NCBI RefSeq assembly: GCF_006345805.1
Contig: NC_042999.1
Coordinates: forward strand, 117,800,001-117,864,000
DNA: 64,000 nt
Source of the DNA: Octopus sinensis
Lineage: Eukaryota
Reading direction: 5' to 3'
Shown: in pieces, positions 39,660-52,050 of the stretch
Layout: each line of letters starts with the position of its first letter
Numbering within the stretch: the stretch's first letter is position 1
Notes under the pieces: model-generated
Seen by the model: the letters and a program-made list of their open reading frames with translations, nothing else
Told to the model about the DNA's origin: nothing
Databases searched by the model: none
Made by a program: the position numbers and the translations under genes

Positions 39660-40003
39660 ATAACATGTGACTCCATTGACCGAGGTCACCGTGATCTTTT
39701 CCGTAGGCTTTTCTTTCCACGGGTAAACCTCACCTGTCCTCCCCTTTACACTTCATATTGACATTTCTGTGATAACGATCCCTATTGATCAATTTTTTTA
39801 TTTTAATTTTATTTAAAAAAATTTTTTTTTCCTCTCCCCCTTTTTTTTAATCCCCCTTTTTTTGTCCTCTTTCTCTCCTTTTACGATCCCTTTTGATCGA
39901 AACTCCCCCTTCCTTTTTTTTTTTTTTTAAACCTTCAAAAGAAAAGCTCTACCTTGTAATTTGTTCTATCTGTGTGCAGCCCTGTGTGGCTAATAAAGAA
40001 ACA
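39660..40003 (+). mobile_element. LINE-like 3' UTR fragment ending in AATAAAGAAA
   Basis: Pyrimidine-rich tract, then CTGTGTGCAGCCCTGTGTGGCTAATAAAGAAA and a (TATC)n tail. There is no coding remnant, so the LINE assignment is inference. Confidence 0.45.
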
Positions 40004-40286
40004 TATCTATCTATCTATCTAGCTAGCTAGCTAAATGTCGTGATTTCAATTCCCAGACTGAGCTATGCTTTGTCTTCTTGAGAAAAATACTTAATCTCGC
40101 GTTACTCTGCGATCACTTCGACACCTGACGTGTGGTACAACTTGCAGCTGTTCATTCAACGTCAATCAAATGAAGGAATTGAGATATTTGTGGCACAAAC
40201 ATTTGATCACCAGAAACAAATCATTTGTGCAGGTCGTTTGGCAAGTGCTGAATGCTCATACGTTGTTTTCGACGGGAGAGGCCATC

Positions 40287-40337
<51 letters not shown>

Positions 40338-41329
40338 ACCCAGAGAGAGAGGGGGTGCGTGAGATGAAAAGGAGTAAATGGAAAAAAAGAAAGAAAGGAA
40401 AAAGAATGAGAGAGAGAGAGAGTAGAATGTCGTACATTAAGCACTATTCGTGAATTGGGATGATTTATATATCTCGGTAGACGTATCTTGCAATTCTTCT
40501 GAGATATTGGATATTTTGTCGACTCCAAGTTATATGTTTATGTATTCGGAAAATATAATGAATGGGGGACTGATTGTAATCGAGAGATTTTAGTGATTAT
40601 TCGTGCAGAGGTGTCGTAAGGACATTGACTATGATGGATTTGATGATATCGTGGGTTTGATTTATTTTAAGTTGAAGGGTTGTTGCTAGCCTTTGTGTTG
40701 TGAGTTTTTGGCAATGTGACATGTAGGAGTTTTCGCGGAACAGTTGTTTGTGTAAATAATACGGTGTGCTAAAGAAAGGGTTTTGTAAATCATGTAATCA
40801 GTGTTAAAGTGTTGGTTGAGTAAGATGCAAAAGGGTTTGACAATAATTTATTTAATAAATGGCCATATTCACAGTAATATTACATGTGTACCTATGAAGA
40901 GTCTATAAACGACATTAATGACTTGTATGTGTGCAGTATTTCGTTATGCAACCAAGATATGCAACTATAAACGCCCCCCGTCAAATGTCGAACCTTTAAA
41001 CCAAATTTTCTCAAAACAACTTGTCCGACAGTCGCATAGGCCTCCCCTTTAAGGAACACTGATTTAATCTAAATTTGAGACACCAGGAAAAAAAGAAATA
41101 AAGATAGACTTTTCCTATTCCAAAGAAAAACGATTTTATTCACACAAATATGCAACCAAAGAGTTTAAAGTACCAGTAATGATAAGGCTGTTGACTGGGA
41201 GAACACAAACATGGTTTAAACAGTAAGCTTGGCAAGAAAGAAACGTGCCTTTAAGCAGTACAAAAACAACAAAAAAATGGAAGGTGCAGTTATGTACAGG
41301 TTGATGGAAGAAAATCACGTTTCCATGGC

Positions 41330-41480
41330 TTTCTCCATCGCATTCTGTAATTTTTTCAAAACCTATACACGCCCTGATACCGTCGATATCTAAATATCAA
41401 ATTTGAGCGCAATCGGATGGACGATGCCCGATATCCTAAAAGACACACACACAGGCAGAGCGGATTTTATATAAGAGATA
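41330..41480 (+). mobile_element. Possible Helitron/Helentron-associated (HINE-like) terminus
   Basis: CAAATTTGAGCGCAATCGGATG...(CA)n...TTTTATATAAGAGAT resembles HINE/DINE-type ends. Recognised from memory only. Confidence 0.3.
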
Positions 41481-42002
41481 TTAAGCGTTTTACCTGTTTC
41501 TCATCTTCGATCGCATTGTTAACTTAAATCTGACGTCGCGTATACGAAACGTCGTAGTAAATATCAGTGCTGGCTATAATTTGTACATAATATCTATTGA
41601 GATAACCTTCACAGAAAGTACAAATGGAAAATAAATAAATATGGTTATATTTACACTTAAAACTAGCCAAAAAATAGAGGTAGACTCATATTTAGTTGGA
41701 CATTAAGTACTTGTTGCTAACCATATGAACACAACTGTCAAGTGTATGTAGGTATCAGTGTGTGTGCGTGTGCATATGTGTGTGTGTGTGTGTGTGTGTG
41801 AGTGTATGTGTGTTAACAGTCGGTCAAAAAGATTGCTCAGTACCATAGCAGAGATTAATGTATTCTATTTTGGTAGAGACAGTTATTTGCTACTCTGTGT
41901 TTTATCTATGGGTGCACAGAATCTTCTGGTATAAACTAGCCTGAAAATCATGTGTATCCGCAGCTAAATCTGGAAGAAGTAAGAAGAAAGTGACTCGGCC
42001 AA

Positions 42003-42066
<64 letters not shown>

Positions 42067-42068
<2 letters not shown>

Positions 42069-42240
42069 CACATATAACATACAGAAAATTGCACTACTGG
42101 GCACTGCACACATCCTACACAAAACACTTTCAATACAGTAACCATCAGAGCATTACAACAAATCACAGCACATACCCAAGGTACACAGAGCTGCGCTCGG
42201 TAGTGAAGTGAAAGCACGCTATAAAAATAAAACTACTGAA
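42067..42240 (+). mobile_element. 174-bp 5'-truncated copy of the R4/Dong element at 60.4-63.5 kb
   Basis: Matches 63323-63496 with about 9 substitutions by eye. (TAA)n on both flanks. Confidence 0.92.
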
Positions 42241-42258
42241 TAATAATAATAAAAATAT

Positions 42259-42328
<70 letters not shown>

Positions 42329-42332
42329 TATC

Positions 42333-42564
42333 TCTCTTTTACTCTCTTTTACTTGTTTCAGTCATTTGACTACGGCCATGCTGGAGCACCACCTTTAATC
42401 GAGCAACTCGACCCCGGGACTTATTCTTTGTAAGCCCAGTACTTATTCTATCGGTCTCTTTTGCCGAACCGCTAAGTGACAGGGACATAAACACACCAGC
42501 ATCGGTTGTCAAGCGATGCTGGGGGACAAACACAGACATACAAACATACACGCAAACACACACA

Positions 42565-42659
<95 letters not shown>

Positions 42660-42824
42660 CATATATATACATATATACGACGGGCTTCTTTCAGTTTCCG
42701 TCTACCAAATCCACTCACAAGGCTTTGGTCGGCCCGAGGCTACAGTAGAAGACACGCAGTGGGACTGAACCCGGAACCGTGTGCTTGGTAAACAAGCTAC
42801 TTACCACATAGCCACTCCTGCGCC
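42333..42824 (-). mobile_element. Full-length SINE family T (tRNA head, CORE-like domain, internal microsatellite)
   Basis: Minus strand starts GGCGCAGGAGTGGCTATGTGGTAAG (A-box), has B-box GGGTTCAGTCCC, and ends in (GAGTAAAAGA)n. Confidence 0.9.
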
Positions 42825-42857
<33 letters not shown>

Positions 42858-43563
42858 TACATATAACCTATGTAAAACGGATAAACAAGGATAACTTAGA
42901 TATTTCTCTGCTTAATGGGAAATAAAAAGGATGAACAACCTTCATTGATTTTCGAACCTCCACGAGTTTTCATCAGAAGTCTCTATATCAAACTGTCTAA
43001 TCCCAGGAGAACGAGTAACCAATCTGTTTATATACTTAAGAATTCTAATGGTTGCAGATAACTGGCGCTACTAATTTGCAATACCGAAAATGTTTACACT
43101 TTATTTCCTATCATAGGCCTCTCAGCGTGGTTCTCAAACATATAGCATCAAAATACGATAGGTAATCTGTGTAGTAGATATATAAACATTTAGCTAGTTT
43201 CTGTACACAGGTACTTATATAAAGGAATATATATGGTGCGTGTGTGCGCATGTATGTGTGTGCGTTTGTGTGTGTGTGTGTTTAATTTCCTTGCAGACTT
43301 TCCACAAAGGTCAGCTTAAATTGTACCACAAGACATTTGTCTTGGCAGCCGAAATATTTCAAACTGTCAGAGAATTTTGGTTCACGTCTAGTAATGGCGA
43401 CTGCTATAAGGTTGTCTGAATACAATGAAATTATAAAACAATAAATTTGGCATAGAAATATATCAGTAAGCTTATAGAAATCAATAAGAACACCTTACAT
43501 TCTGCAAAACGTGTCAGTAATTAAAGAGAGAAATTCTTCCCAAGAAAAAGAACATTATTATTA

Positions 43564-43627
<64 letters not shown>

Positions 43628-43654
43628 CAACGTCATCATCATCATTGTTGTTGT

Positions 43655-43775
43655 TCTCAGTTCAAATACTGCCGGGGTCGACTTTGCTTTCATTTTTGGG
43701 ATGGGATCGATAAATAATTACTAGATGTAATCGACTTGCATCCTTTCCCACAATTTCTGGCCTTGTGCCAAAATT
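43655..43775 (+). mobile_element. SINE family M, internal fragment
   Basis: CAGTTCAAATACTGCCGGGGTCGACTTTGCTTTCAT...GATCGATAAA. Confidence 0.7.
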
Positions 43776-43804
43776 TTAAACCGTTATTATTATTATTATT
43801 ATTA

Positions 43805-43865
<61 letters not shown>

Positions 43866-44240
43866 CATGATAGACGGTATACAATATAGGTTGTTGATTG
43901 AAGATGTGTCTACGGGGGTTTGTACTGTTAGTCAAGTCACAACAAGGACCTCATACAGACAGAACTTCACGCTGTATGCTTGCTGTTCCCAGTAACGCAG
44001 ACTTTTGCAATACACCAAGATTTCTAAAGCTTTCAGATGTTTTTACACATTGGTCTGTTTTGAACCCAATGACTTTCATACCTGCCACATCTTAGCGATC
44101 TCAATTCTCAGGTCTCCATATTTATCAGCCTTTTCTCTTTCTTCCATGATGATATGTTGATCTCTTGGCACTGCCACGTCAATTAATAGGTACTCCTGTT
44201 TGTCCCTTCTAAAGTTTACTACATTTGGCCTTCGGTGCTA
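43866..44240 (-). mobile_element. R4/Dong-type 3' fragment, family D
   Basis: YLLIDVAVPRDQHIIMEEREKADKYGDLRIEIAKMW (RLE motif) ... LQKSALLGTASIQREVLSV*. (TAA)n on both sides. Confidence 0.8.
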
Positions 44241-44294
44241 TCATTATTATTATTATTACTTTGCCACGCTATGTAGATGGAAGATGCAGCATTT

Positions 44295-45150
44295 TGTCAC
44301 CTGTCAAGTCACAACAAGGATCCGAGATAGACAATACTTGCTTTAAAATGTGCACAGTATGTAGCAAGTATGACACCAATATTGTACAATATTAGTAGCC
44401 GCTTTACTCAGTCTTCAAATTTCAATGAGATTGACCCTAATGCCCTGATCAAAACTGGCATGACTCTTACATTATTTTCTCGCATTGCAAAGAGTCTTGC
44501 CATCTCCAGTTTCAATTCGGAGTACTTAGTGATCCTTTCCACGCTCTTTACTCGCAATATTTATGTCATATGGTATGGGTACATCAATGATCCGCCAAAA
44601 TTCTTCTTTCTTCTTTGATACGGTAATGTCCGGTCGTTGATGCTCAATTTCTCTATCAATCTGAAAATCATAATACCAGAATATCGCTCTTTTCCCATCC
44701 TCCTACTAGGCTCATTCTCATGCAATTTCTCCATTACTTCGTATTGGTATTTACGACATAAACTCCGAATAAAGTACACACGGCGCTTGTATTCTTTTTT
44801 TATGCAAAGTTCTCAATTCCTTTTCACAGTCAGCATTTCTGGGTGTCAGAAGATTTGAAGATGTTATACTCCTCCGAATTGGTATCCAGCGCTTGGTCTT
44901 GTGCTTCAGTCATAAGGCTTCCAATGGTACATTTCTAATCGCTTTGCTTAAACCACGTCCATGATGTTGTTTTGTCCTTGATATCCTGTGTATTGCTTTC
45001 AAACAGTCCATGCTTTCTCATTTTCAGATAATCTTTCTTCTTCTCTTCTCTTTGATTAAACTCCTCCTTACCAGTTTCATCCACATTTATACCCACATCT
45101 TCCGTTTCAAGTTGCCACAGCTCTTCGTCTCCCTGCAAGCGTCTTACTTA
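44295..45150 (-). pseudogene. Older R4/Dong-type C-terminal fragment
   Basis: KHGLFE...SWTWFKQSD...EAQDQAL corresponds to PLHGKY...SQQWLRNSG...AAQDQSL in the intact ORF. The 3' UTR shares CCTTGTTGTGACTTGAC with 43866-44240. Confidence 0.7.
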
Positions 45151-46553
45151 TAAGCTGGTCCATACTGGTGAGACCTCTGTCACCATTCTTTCTCTTCATG
45201 TGTTTATATTTGCTTTAGAATGTAAAGCTCCCCACAATGTCAATGATTTTTTAATCTTTATGTCTAAGTTTGATATGTATTCATCGGTTCACATGAGAAT
45301 AAACGCACTATATCTAACCACTGCAAATATCCAGATATTTAAAGCAGTGACTAAATTTATCTAATTCAAGTAGGGTTTTAATTTTTTTTAAATGTCTCGT
45401 TAAGACTGAACCTTGTCTTTCACCTTTTCTGTCTTGTATGCAGGAAACTGGTACTAAGAGTGATTTGTTTTTAGGACGGCTCCTGTTTCTTACTCTACAA
45501 CTGGTTTAACCAGTTTAATGCTATTTCCATTCATCCAGCACTTTATATGGCTCTTATCCCAAATCCCGGTACCATCTTCTTTGCTTTCGGTCTTTACGCC
45601 TTAAAAGTTGCTTAAGCTTAGCCTAATATGCTATACACATCCCACTACCATAATATAATGCAGCCTTTTATATCATGAAGTTTTCACTTTCACAAACATA
45701 TTGTTCATGTCAACTGCGTTTTGGGGAAAATTGAAAGACAATAGTTTCAATCCGATAAGAAATCTGTCCAAGTTGGAAATCATGAGATCTTTCCTTCAAA
45801 GTAAATCAGAAACCTAATTTCTATCTTCTAACTCACGGGATACTCTCTGGGATACCTTCGTCTTGTATTGTAGACTGATGTTATTTCTTACCATAAAACA
45901 ATGGAGCTGTCCCCAAGAAACTTTAGATATTTTGTCATTAGATCTAGTTTATCCAAAACAGATATACACACACATTCATACATTTATGATGTACGAGTGT
46001 ACATACATACATACATACATACATACATACACACATACATACGTACGTACGGTTTTTCTGGCATGTCTGATAATGCGTATGTCCACGTCTTTGACGTCAG
46101 TATGAGCCCTAGCGAAGTTCAGTGCCTATCAAGAGAGCTCTCCCTCCAACATATACACTTTCACATAAATTGTAGTCCCACATATACACAGACCTCCCCA
46201 CACATACATTACACACCGCACACTAATATACAACCCCCACGACTTTATCTTTTACAGACAGAAAACAGGCCAACAGACCGACACAGCTATATATACCTAC
46301 ACCCCCGGTAAAAAATTATACATGACACCACTACACATACCATACATCCCAGCCCCACAGGAGCACCACATTAATAATGCACTTTCCCCGCTTCAAGATA
46401 ACTTTTGCCAGCTTCACAGCATACCCAACCAAGGGACCTAACCCCTAAACAAATACCCTGGCCTGTCTTTCGTTCCCCCACCTTTTTCATAGCAACTGCT
46501 GACCGGTTGTGCTAATCCACCCATGAAAATAGAGAGCAGTTGCCATATTCCTT

Positions 46554-46661
46554 TCCATAGCGGCTGACTCTGATGAGTGTAAAGTTATATAATCGGTCTG
46601 TTACATAACACTCCATTGTATTCTTTACGGGAAACCGACTGGCAAGCCCAGCCGTGATGGA
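46554..46661 (+). ncRNA. Type I hammerhead ribozyme-like fold with extended stem I
   Basis: Core CTGATGA at 46570-46576, stem II GTAAAG/CTTTAC, GAAA at 46631-46634, stem III (A)CC-GACT-GG(C). Stem I is CT/AG + CGGCTG/CAGCCG + TCCAT/ATGGA. Confidence 0.6.
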
Positions 46662-47420
46662 TATTTAATACTATACTGACAGATATACGAGTGCATCTTT
46701 TCCTTGACTCATGGTCTCTTAGACGACTCATATATATATATGTATATATATATATATAAACTTGCTTAGAGAAGAAGAAACGAAACGAATCGAATCGAAT
46801 CGACGCGAGGGCGCTCAGTCATACAATAGTGTACTAAATAAAATATATGCATACATACATACATATATGTACGTACCTACATCTACATGTATATATGCAT
46901 GCATATATAAATATATATACGTGAGTACAGGACACCACAAATAGACGTAGAACTCAACGAGAAACGAAAACGTAAAAACAAGCATGGAACGGACCTTTTT
47001 TTAACAACAAAAAAAACAGAGTACAAGACAAACTACACAAGGAAAAAAACCCTTTATCAGCTGTCCCTAGTTCAACTCCAGCATGTTTCGAAGGTGAAGA
47101 CCGAACACGACTCGTCGAACTAATCCTTCCTGCGAAAGAATTAAATAAAATTCCTTTGCAGAGGGGTAAAAACAAGGAAGAAAATTGTGACAAAAACAGG
47201 ACGTAAAAACAATACAATTAAAAACAAATACAAAATAAAAATACAATTACAAAATAATACAGTACGAGAAGGAATAAAAACAGGACAGGAAAACAAACAA
47301 TGAGGGCTTTTAAGCCTAGACGAGGAAAAATTCACCAGCGCAGGAAGAAACATGTTTACTTGAAAGAGGCCGCCAGCGAAAGGAAGTTCGTCGACTCGGC
47401 TGTGAGAGAGATGAGGAGGA

Positions 47421-47456
<36 letters not shown>

Positions 47457-47636
47457 GAACATAATCTTTGTGGAGAATGGCGATTTGACGTCTATATCTA
47501 CCATGTTGACTGTCCACTTTTCGTGTTCAGTCCTTAATTGGTATATATAAATATTTTAATCTTCGGATTCTTTGTAATATGCTAGACCACTGGTTTTAAT
47601 TGACTAATATCAATTTCTACCCTTAATTAATTTTTA

Positions 47637-47700
<64 letters not shown>

Positions 47701-47704
47701 GTAT

Positions 47705-48022
47705 GTATGTATGTATGTATGTATGTATGTATGTATGTATGTATGTATGTATGTACGTATGTATGTATGTAAGCGAATATTTTAAATATCTTCTCTTATC
47801 CATTTTTAATAAAATTCTTGAGTTATGGGATTTCTCTCCATAAATTCACAACATACCATATACAAGTATTATTTTCATATTCGCAAATTTACGCCAGTAA
47901 GCTACCAGCAAAATATGAAGAATCAATATTAGAAATCTTCTTTGGAAACCTCTAAATTAAAGGAAGAATTTAATTGAAACTTTTTACTCATATATGACTA
48001 TGTAAACGAATATATACATACA

Positions 48023-48056
<34 letters not shown>

Positions 48057-48455
48057 CATGCATACATACCTACATACACACAGACACACACACAACACAC
48101 ACACACATATATATATATGTGTGTATGTATGTATGTATGTATGTATGTAGTATGTATGTATGTATGTATGTATGTATGTATGTATGTACGTATGTATGTA
48201 TGTAAGCGAATATTTTAAATATCTTCTCTTATCCATTTTTAATAAAATTCTTGAGTTATGGGATTTCTCTCCATAAATTCACAACATACCATATACAAGT
48301 ATTATTTTCATATTCGCAAATTTACGCCAGTAAGCTACCAGCAAAATATGAAGAATCAATATTAGAAATCTTCTTTGGAAACCTCTAAATTAAAGGAAGA
48401 ATTTAATTGAAACTTTTTACTCATATATGACTATGTAAACGAATATATACATACA

Positions 48456-48489
<34 letters not shown>

Positions 48490-48880
48490 CATGCATACAT
48501 ACCTACATACACACAGACACACACACAACACACACACACATATATATATATGTGTGTATGTATGTATGTATGTATGTATGTAGTATGTATGTATGTATGT
48601 ATGTATGTATGTATGTATGTACGTATGTATGTATGTAAGCGAATATTTTAAATATCTTCTCTTATCCATTTTTAATAAAATTCTTGAGTTATGGGATTTC
48701 TCTCCATAAATTCACAACATACCATATACAAGTATTATTTTCATATTCGCAAATTTACGCCAGTAAGCTACCAGCAAAATATGAAGAATCAATATTAGAA
48801 ATCTTCTTTGGAAACCTCTAAATTAAAGGAAGAATTTAATTGAAACTTTTTACTCATATATGACTATGTAAACGAATATA

Positions 48881-48914
<34 letters not shown>

Positions 48915-49010
48915 CATGCATACATACCTACATACACACAGACACACACACAAACACACACACACATATATATATATATGTGTGTATGTATGTATGTATG
49001 TATGTATGTA
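47705..49010. repeat. Three tandem copies of a 433-bp unit
   Basis: AAGCGAATATTTT recurs at 47771, 48204 and 48637. Copies 1 and 2 look identical, including microsatellite lengths. Confidence 0.95.
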
Positions 49011-50039
49011 TGTATGTATCTATGTATGTATGTATGTATATACGTGTATATGAGTGTCCATGTGCGTGCGTAAAATGTAGTTAATGGATAAAATTCTAAT
49101 GAAGATAAGTTTTATACTGAATTCATATAAATAACAAACAGCAATTTAATATCAAAGATGGGCAAAAAAAAAGGAAAATTTCATTGGTAAATAATAATGC
49201 AAATATTGGTCTTCAACTCTCAAACTTAGAGCTGAATACGTACGAAAGCATTTGCAAGAGAGTCAATGACATAATAAAAGGAGGCAACCATTGTTTTCGT
49301 TCATTAAAAAGTAAGGTTCACTTCAATTAGCCTTGGACTTATGTTAGATCAAACTGGTATTGCTGGAAGCCGTTTTTCCCAGTTCTTCTCCCCTTACCCT
49401 CCCTTGTGGATAAAAGGTTATAAACCCTAGCTATTAAGTTTATTTTCATTGAGTTATCTCCTTGCAGGTAATTTAAAATTTCTGATAATAAGCAGTGGTC
49501 GTTATTCCCACGCGTGTTAAGTCATACTTCATTACTTTTGCATATTTCAAATGCTAGCCACGATTATTAGGAAACAATTCCTATTTTTAATTTGCATGAT
49601 CACTGAGGTAGAAATTTTAAAACATTTTTGATTGGTTGTCCGACAAAAATCGATAGAAAAAATACAAACCGACGAAGCAGCTACCACCAACACTTGACAT
49701 AACTATTAGTGACAATGAACGTAAACAAATATAAGAGAATATGATATGGGAAAAAAGAAATTCAACGTCTGTCAGCATAGACAGTGTTTCTCCTTGCTTT
49801 AAACACGATCGGTAAAAATATACAAACAAAAATGTTTCAAGTGTTTCTTCAGCATGGGCATAACTATGATAGCTAAAGGAAAAGAAGAAAATGACCGCAC
49901 GCCTAAACAAGAAACTCTGAATAGAGGTAGAGCATATTTCGAATAATTAGCATATTCTGAATAATTAGTATATTCCGAATAAACGATCACTTCTGGATTT
50001 GGAACAGAACCAGTAGCTTTTAAGAAGATGGTGTGACGA

Positions 50040-50200
50040 TACCATCGACACCAGTACTTGACTTCTATTTCTTTTTATCGACCTAGAAGGATTAAAGGCA
50101 AAGTTAAACCTGATGGGATTTGAACTCAGAATGCAGAGTACAGGAACCAGAACAAATATTGCAAATCACTTTTCCGAAGATTTATCGATTCAACCAGCTC
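50040..50200 (-). mobile_element. SINE family M, degenerate copy
   Basis: TTATCGACCTAGAAGGATTAAAGGCAAAGT..GATTTGAACTCAGAA is the reverse complement of the B-box and central domain. Confidence 0.65.
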
Positions 50201-50988
50201 GAATAAACAATTTCTTCCATATATACTCAATGCACCTTTTCTTCTCTGTATTTCAACTATACATACATGCATAATTGCATAATACATACATACATGCCAA
50301 ATATAAAATTACGTAACACCTTGCTATTGACGAAAATGTATAAAGCTGTTGTGAAATATATAGTGTCAAAAGAATAGCTTGCCATACTTTAGAAAACCGA
50401 CAACCGGAGCTCTCCAACCACGAGATAATATCCTAAAATTCATATGAAATAGTATGGTTATGATCACCATGTGCCTACTTGACTGGTGTGCAGAGAAAAC
50501 CCACGCTATATATTAAAAGTTATATAATCTTGACAGTAGTTGGGAACTTCTACAGAAACTAATACTAGTTATTTCCATTACAGAAGAAATGGGAGAGCAA
50601 AAGATTTAAGATCAGTCCATACAACCTTTGAGTTTCGTATTGTATTAGACAGTAATCAGAGTAGAATACAATGGATTGTATTCTTAAAGAAGTACTAAAG
50701 AAAAAATGTAGCGTTTACCAAAAGACATTTTAGGTCTTGTCTGGTAAACGACTTTAGTCGTATTAAGGCTTATTAAAAATTTAGCTAAGCTGGAAATCGG
50801 CAACATTAGTAAAAGGAAATTGACAAACGATCACGCTGTTCGAGTTGGTGTCAGTATGGAGTTTGGTATCGCACAGACAAATCGCTATATGTGTATTTTC
50901 CAACGATGAAGTATGAAATGAAACACAGATAAGAACTACAGGCAGCAGGCAAATATCATTGGTAACAGAGCCTTGTGTATATGTCTCC

Positions 50989-51027
<39 letters not shown>

Positions 51028-51105
51028 TATCTGTGTGTGTGTGTGTGTACATGTATATGTGTCCTTCTTAGAATCCGTTATATTGTATCTGGAATACTGC
51101 ATTTA

Positions 51106-51420
51106 CGAGGTGCGTTCAAAAGTATCCGACTTCAATTTTGCTCGGCAAAACTAATGCTGCATGTGTAAGATCCTTTGGGTGAAAGATGACGCAACTCTTC
51201 ATGCGCATATGTAAAAGTTTTTCGCCGAGTCAGTTCCCGGCTGTTTCGCCTAGAGCATAAACGTATAACTTGCGCTCGTAGGATTTTCGTTTTCACCGAA
51301 CGCATCGAAAAGAGGCCATAACCCCATGTCTCATTCACCAGTGATGACGGTCTTCATGATGTGTGGTAGGAGTAGAGTCGTTGTACGAGTTCTCAGTTAG
51401 AGCGAGTGTCAGTCACGTGA
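51106..51420 (-). mobile_element. Mariner relic with one TIR and a catalytic-domain fragment
   Basis: TA+CGAGGTGCGTTCAAAAGTATCCGAC TIR at 51104. The minus strand gives IMKTVITGE*TW-like text (ITGDETW motif). The second TIR was not found. Confidence 0.6.
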
Positions 51421-51645
51421 TATATACGCGATTGAATTACCGTCAAGGTAGATGTTTCAGACATTGTCGTGCGGAGCTATCGGCGACAGTACGATAGACG
51501 AATCAAAGATAATAAGACGCGGAATACTGCCACAGCATAATAGTGGTGACGAGAATATTACAGTGCCGACAGTAAAATACAAGTTGACTGGATCCACATT
51601 ATAACACACACACACACACACACACATACATACACACACACACAA

Positions 51646-51702
<57 letters not shown>

Positions 51703-51715
<13 letters not shown>

Positions 51716-51914
51716 TTAGAGACAAAACACTATTTTGCAAATCAAACAAAGAAAGACTTAATCCAATACATAAAAAAATTAACATAAATTAAATAAAATA
51801 AAATAAAATAAAATTTTATTTTATTTAATTTATATTAAATTTTTTATGTATTGGATTAAGTTTTGTTTGTTTGATTTGCAAAATTGTGGTTTTGTCTCTA
51901 ATTAATATTATATA
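51703..51914. repeat. About 210-bp spacerless imperfect palindrome
   Basis: Arms are about 93% complementary by eye, centred on AAAA|TTTT at 51813/51814. Confidence 0.85.
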
Positions 51915-52003
51915 ATATTTTACTATAAAATTGGATTCAATCCTAAATCCGATTTTTCCCTGTAAATTTGGATTTATTCCCTAATATTTATTATTATTAT
52001 ATA

Positions 52004-52050
<47 letters not shown>

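Noticed and set aside
49815-49860. Minus-strand CTGAAGA-AACACTT-GAAAC motif
   Set aside because: Stem II is only 2 bp, the triplet is GUU, and stem I is poor. This is consistent with chance in AT-rich DNA.
49931-49982. Three 18-bp tandem repeats (GCATATTCTGAATAATTA-like)
   Set aside because: An ordinary minisatellite with no spacers.
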